Source: an uncultured Ignavibacteria bacterium (GTDB lineage Bacteria; Bacteroidota; Ignavibacteria; Tepidaquicellales; OLB5). From it: 64,000 nt of DNA. Location: the NCBI GenBank assembly GCA_947084945.1, contig CAMTUP010000015.1, forward strand, positions 24,576-88,575. The letters run 5' to 3'. The notes below the pieces were generated by a model, which was not told where the DNA came from, did not search any database, and saw only the letters and a list, made by a program, of their open reading frames with translations. The position numbers were made by a program, and so were the translations under genes. The stretch's first letter is position 1; each line of letters begins with the position of its first letter. Positions 63,775 to 64,000 of this stretch are shown piece after piece.

Positions 63775-64000
63775 TTATTTACCATTTTTAGAAAAAACTG
63801 TATTCGGTTCAAATCCTGAAAGCTGCAGTATAGCATTCCAAATCTTATCAGGCACCGGCTGAACAGAAAGCCTTGCTTCTTTTACTATCCTTGAGTCAGC
63901 AAACCTCTTATCTGCTTTTATCTGTTCAAGCGTTACGGGTTTTGGTAATCTTCTCTTTGGCTTAATATCAAAAATGAATATCTTTGGATTACCTGCTTTG
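63775..64000 (-). CDS. EVE (DUF55/PUA-like) domain protein, C-terminal part (runs off the window end)
   Basis: Reverse-strand reading gives ...KAGNPKIFIFDIKPKRRLPKPVTLEQIKADKRFADSRIVKEARLSVQPVPDKIWNAILQLSGFEPNTVFSKNGK, then a stop. The RLSV.PV....W..I motif is typical of EVE domains. Confidence 0.55.
   Translation of the reverse strand, partial: KAGNPKIFIFDIKPKRRLPKPVTLEQIKADKRFADSRIVKEARLSVQPVPDKIWNAILQLSGFEPNTVFSKNGK

Noticed and set aside
1-64000. tRNA, rRNA, tmRNA, riboswitch, integrase or transposase genes
   Set aside because: I scanned intergenic regions longer than 100 bp by eye (8373-8801, 10836-11329, 20152-20514, 23481-23717, 25952-26111, 31432-31716, 35265-35450, 56652-56896, 60885-61084). 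I found no cloverleaf-like or known conserved RNA motifs. This negative result should be confirmed with tRNAscan-SE and Infernal.

Overview
AT-rich chromosomal segment, probably from an FCB-group bacterium (Ignavibacteria/Bacteroidota-like). The lineage call is an inference from the Bacteroidetes-type TAnnTTTG promoter box, the porU-porV pair and at least six proteins ending in type IX secretion (T9SS) C-terminal sorting domains. Most of the window is housekeeping or envelope genes: hisA, uvrC, HU, bamD, ccmAB-like, ftsE, pdxA, prmC, dtd, folB, folK, sucD, yajQ, glycosyltransferases, peptidases and an ABC exporter. The outstanding region is about 10.9-20.4 kb. It holds a tightly packed plus-strand array of RHS/YD-repeat core fragments, each fused to a different C-terminal toxin-like domain and each followed by a small, mostly polytopic-membrane, immunity-like gene. 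That gives five toxin/immunity cassettes plus a terminal core fragment, but no full-length rhs gene and no recognisable delivery apparatus. The array shows three kinds of rearrangement scar: a 20-nt palindrome that frameshifts one cassette and occurs in frame in two other fragments; a 30-nt stop-bearing insertion in another cassette; and two nested pairs of flanking direct repeats (about 400 bp of rhs core sequence and about 165 bp of promoter/leader sequence shared by two T9SS-cargo genes). Secondary points are a porU-porV-cargo operon whose cargo carries a catalytically degenerate M6-protease-like motif, a PorZ-like double-propeller protein, a SucD with a 61-residue Lys-rich tail, an amidohydrolase-fold lipoprotein lacking its metal ligands, and a DUF4160/DUF2442 pair next to an EVE-domain gene. 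I recognised no tRNA, rRNA, CRISPR array, transposase or integrase. All family calls rest on motif recognition by eye; no database search was run.
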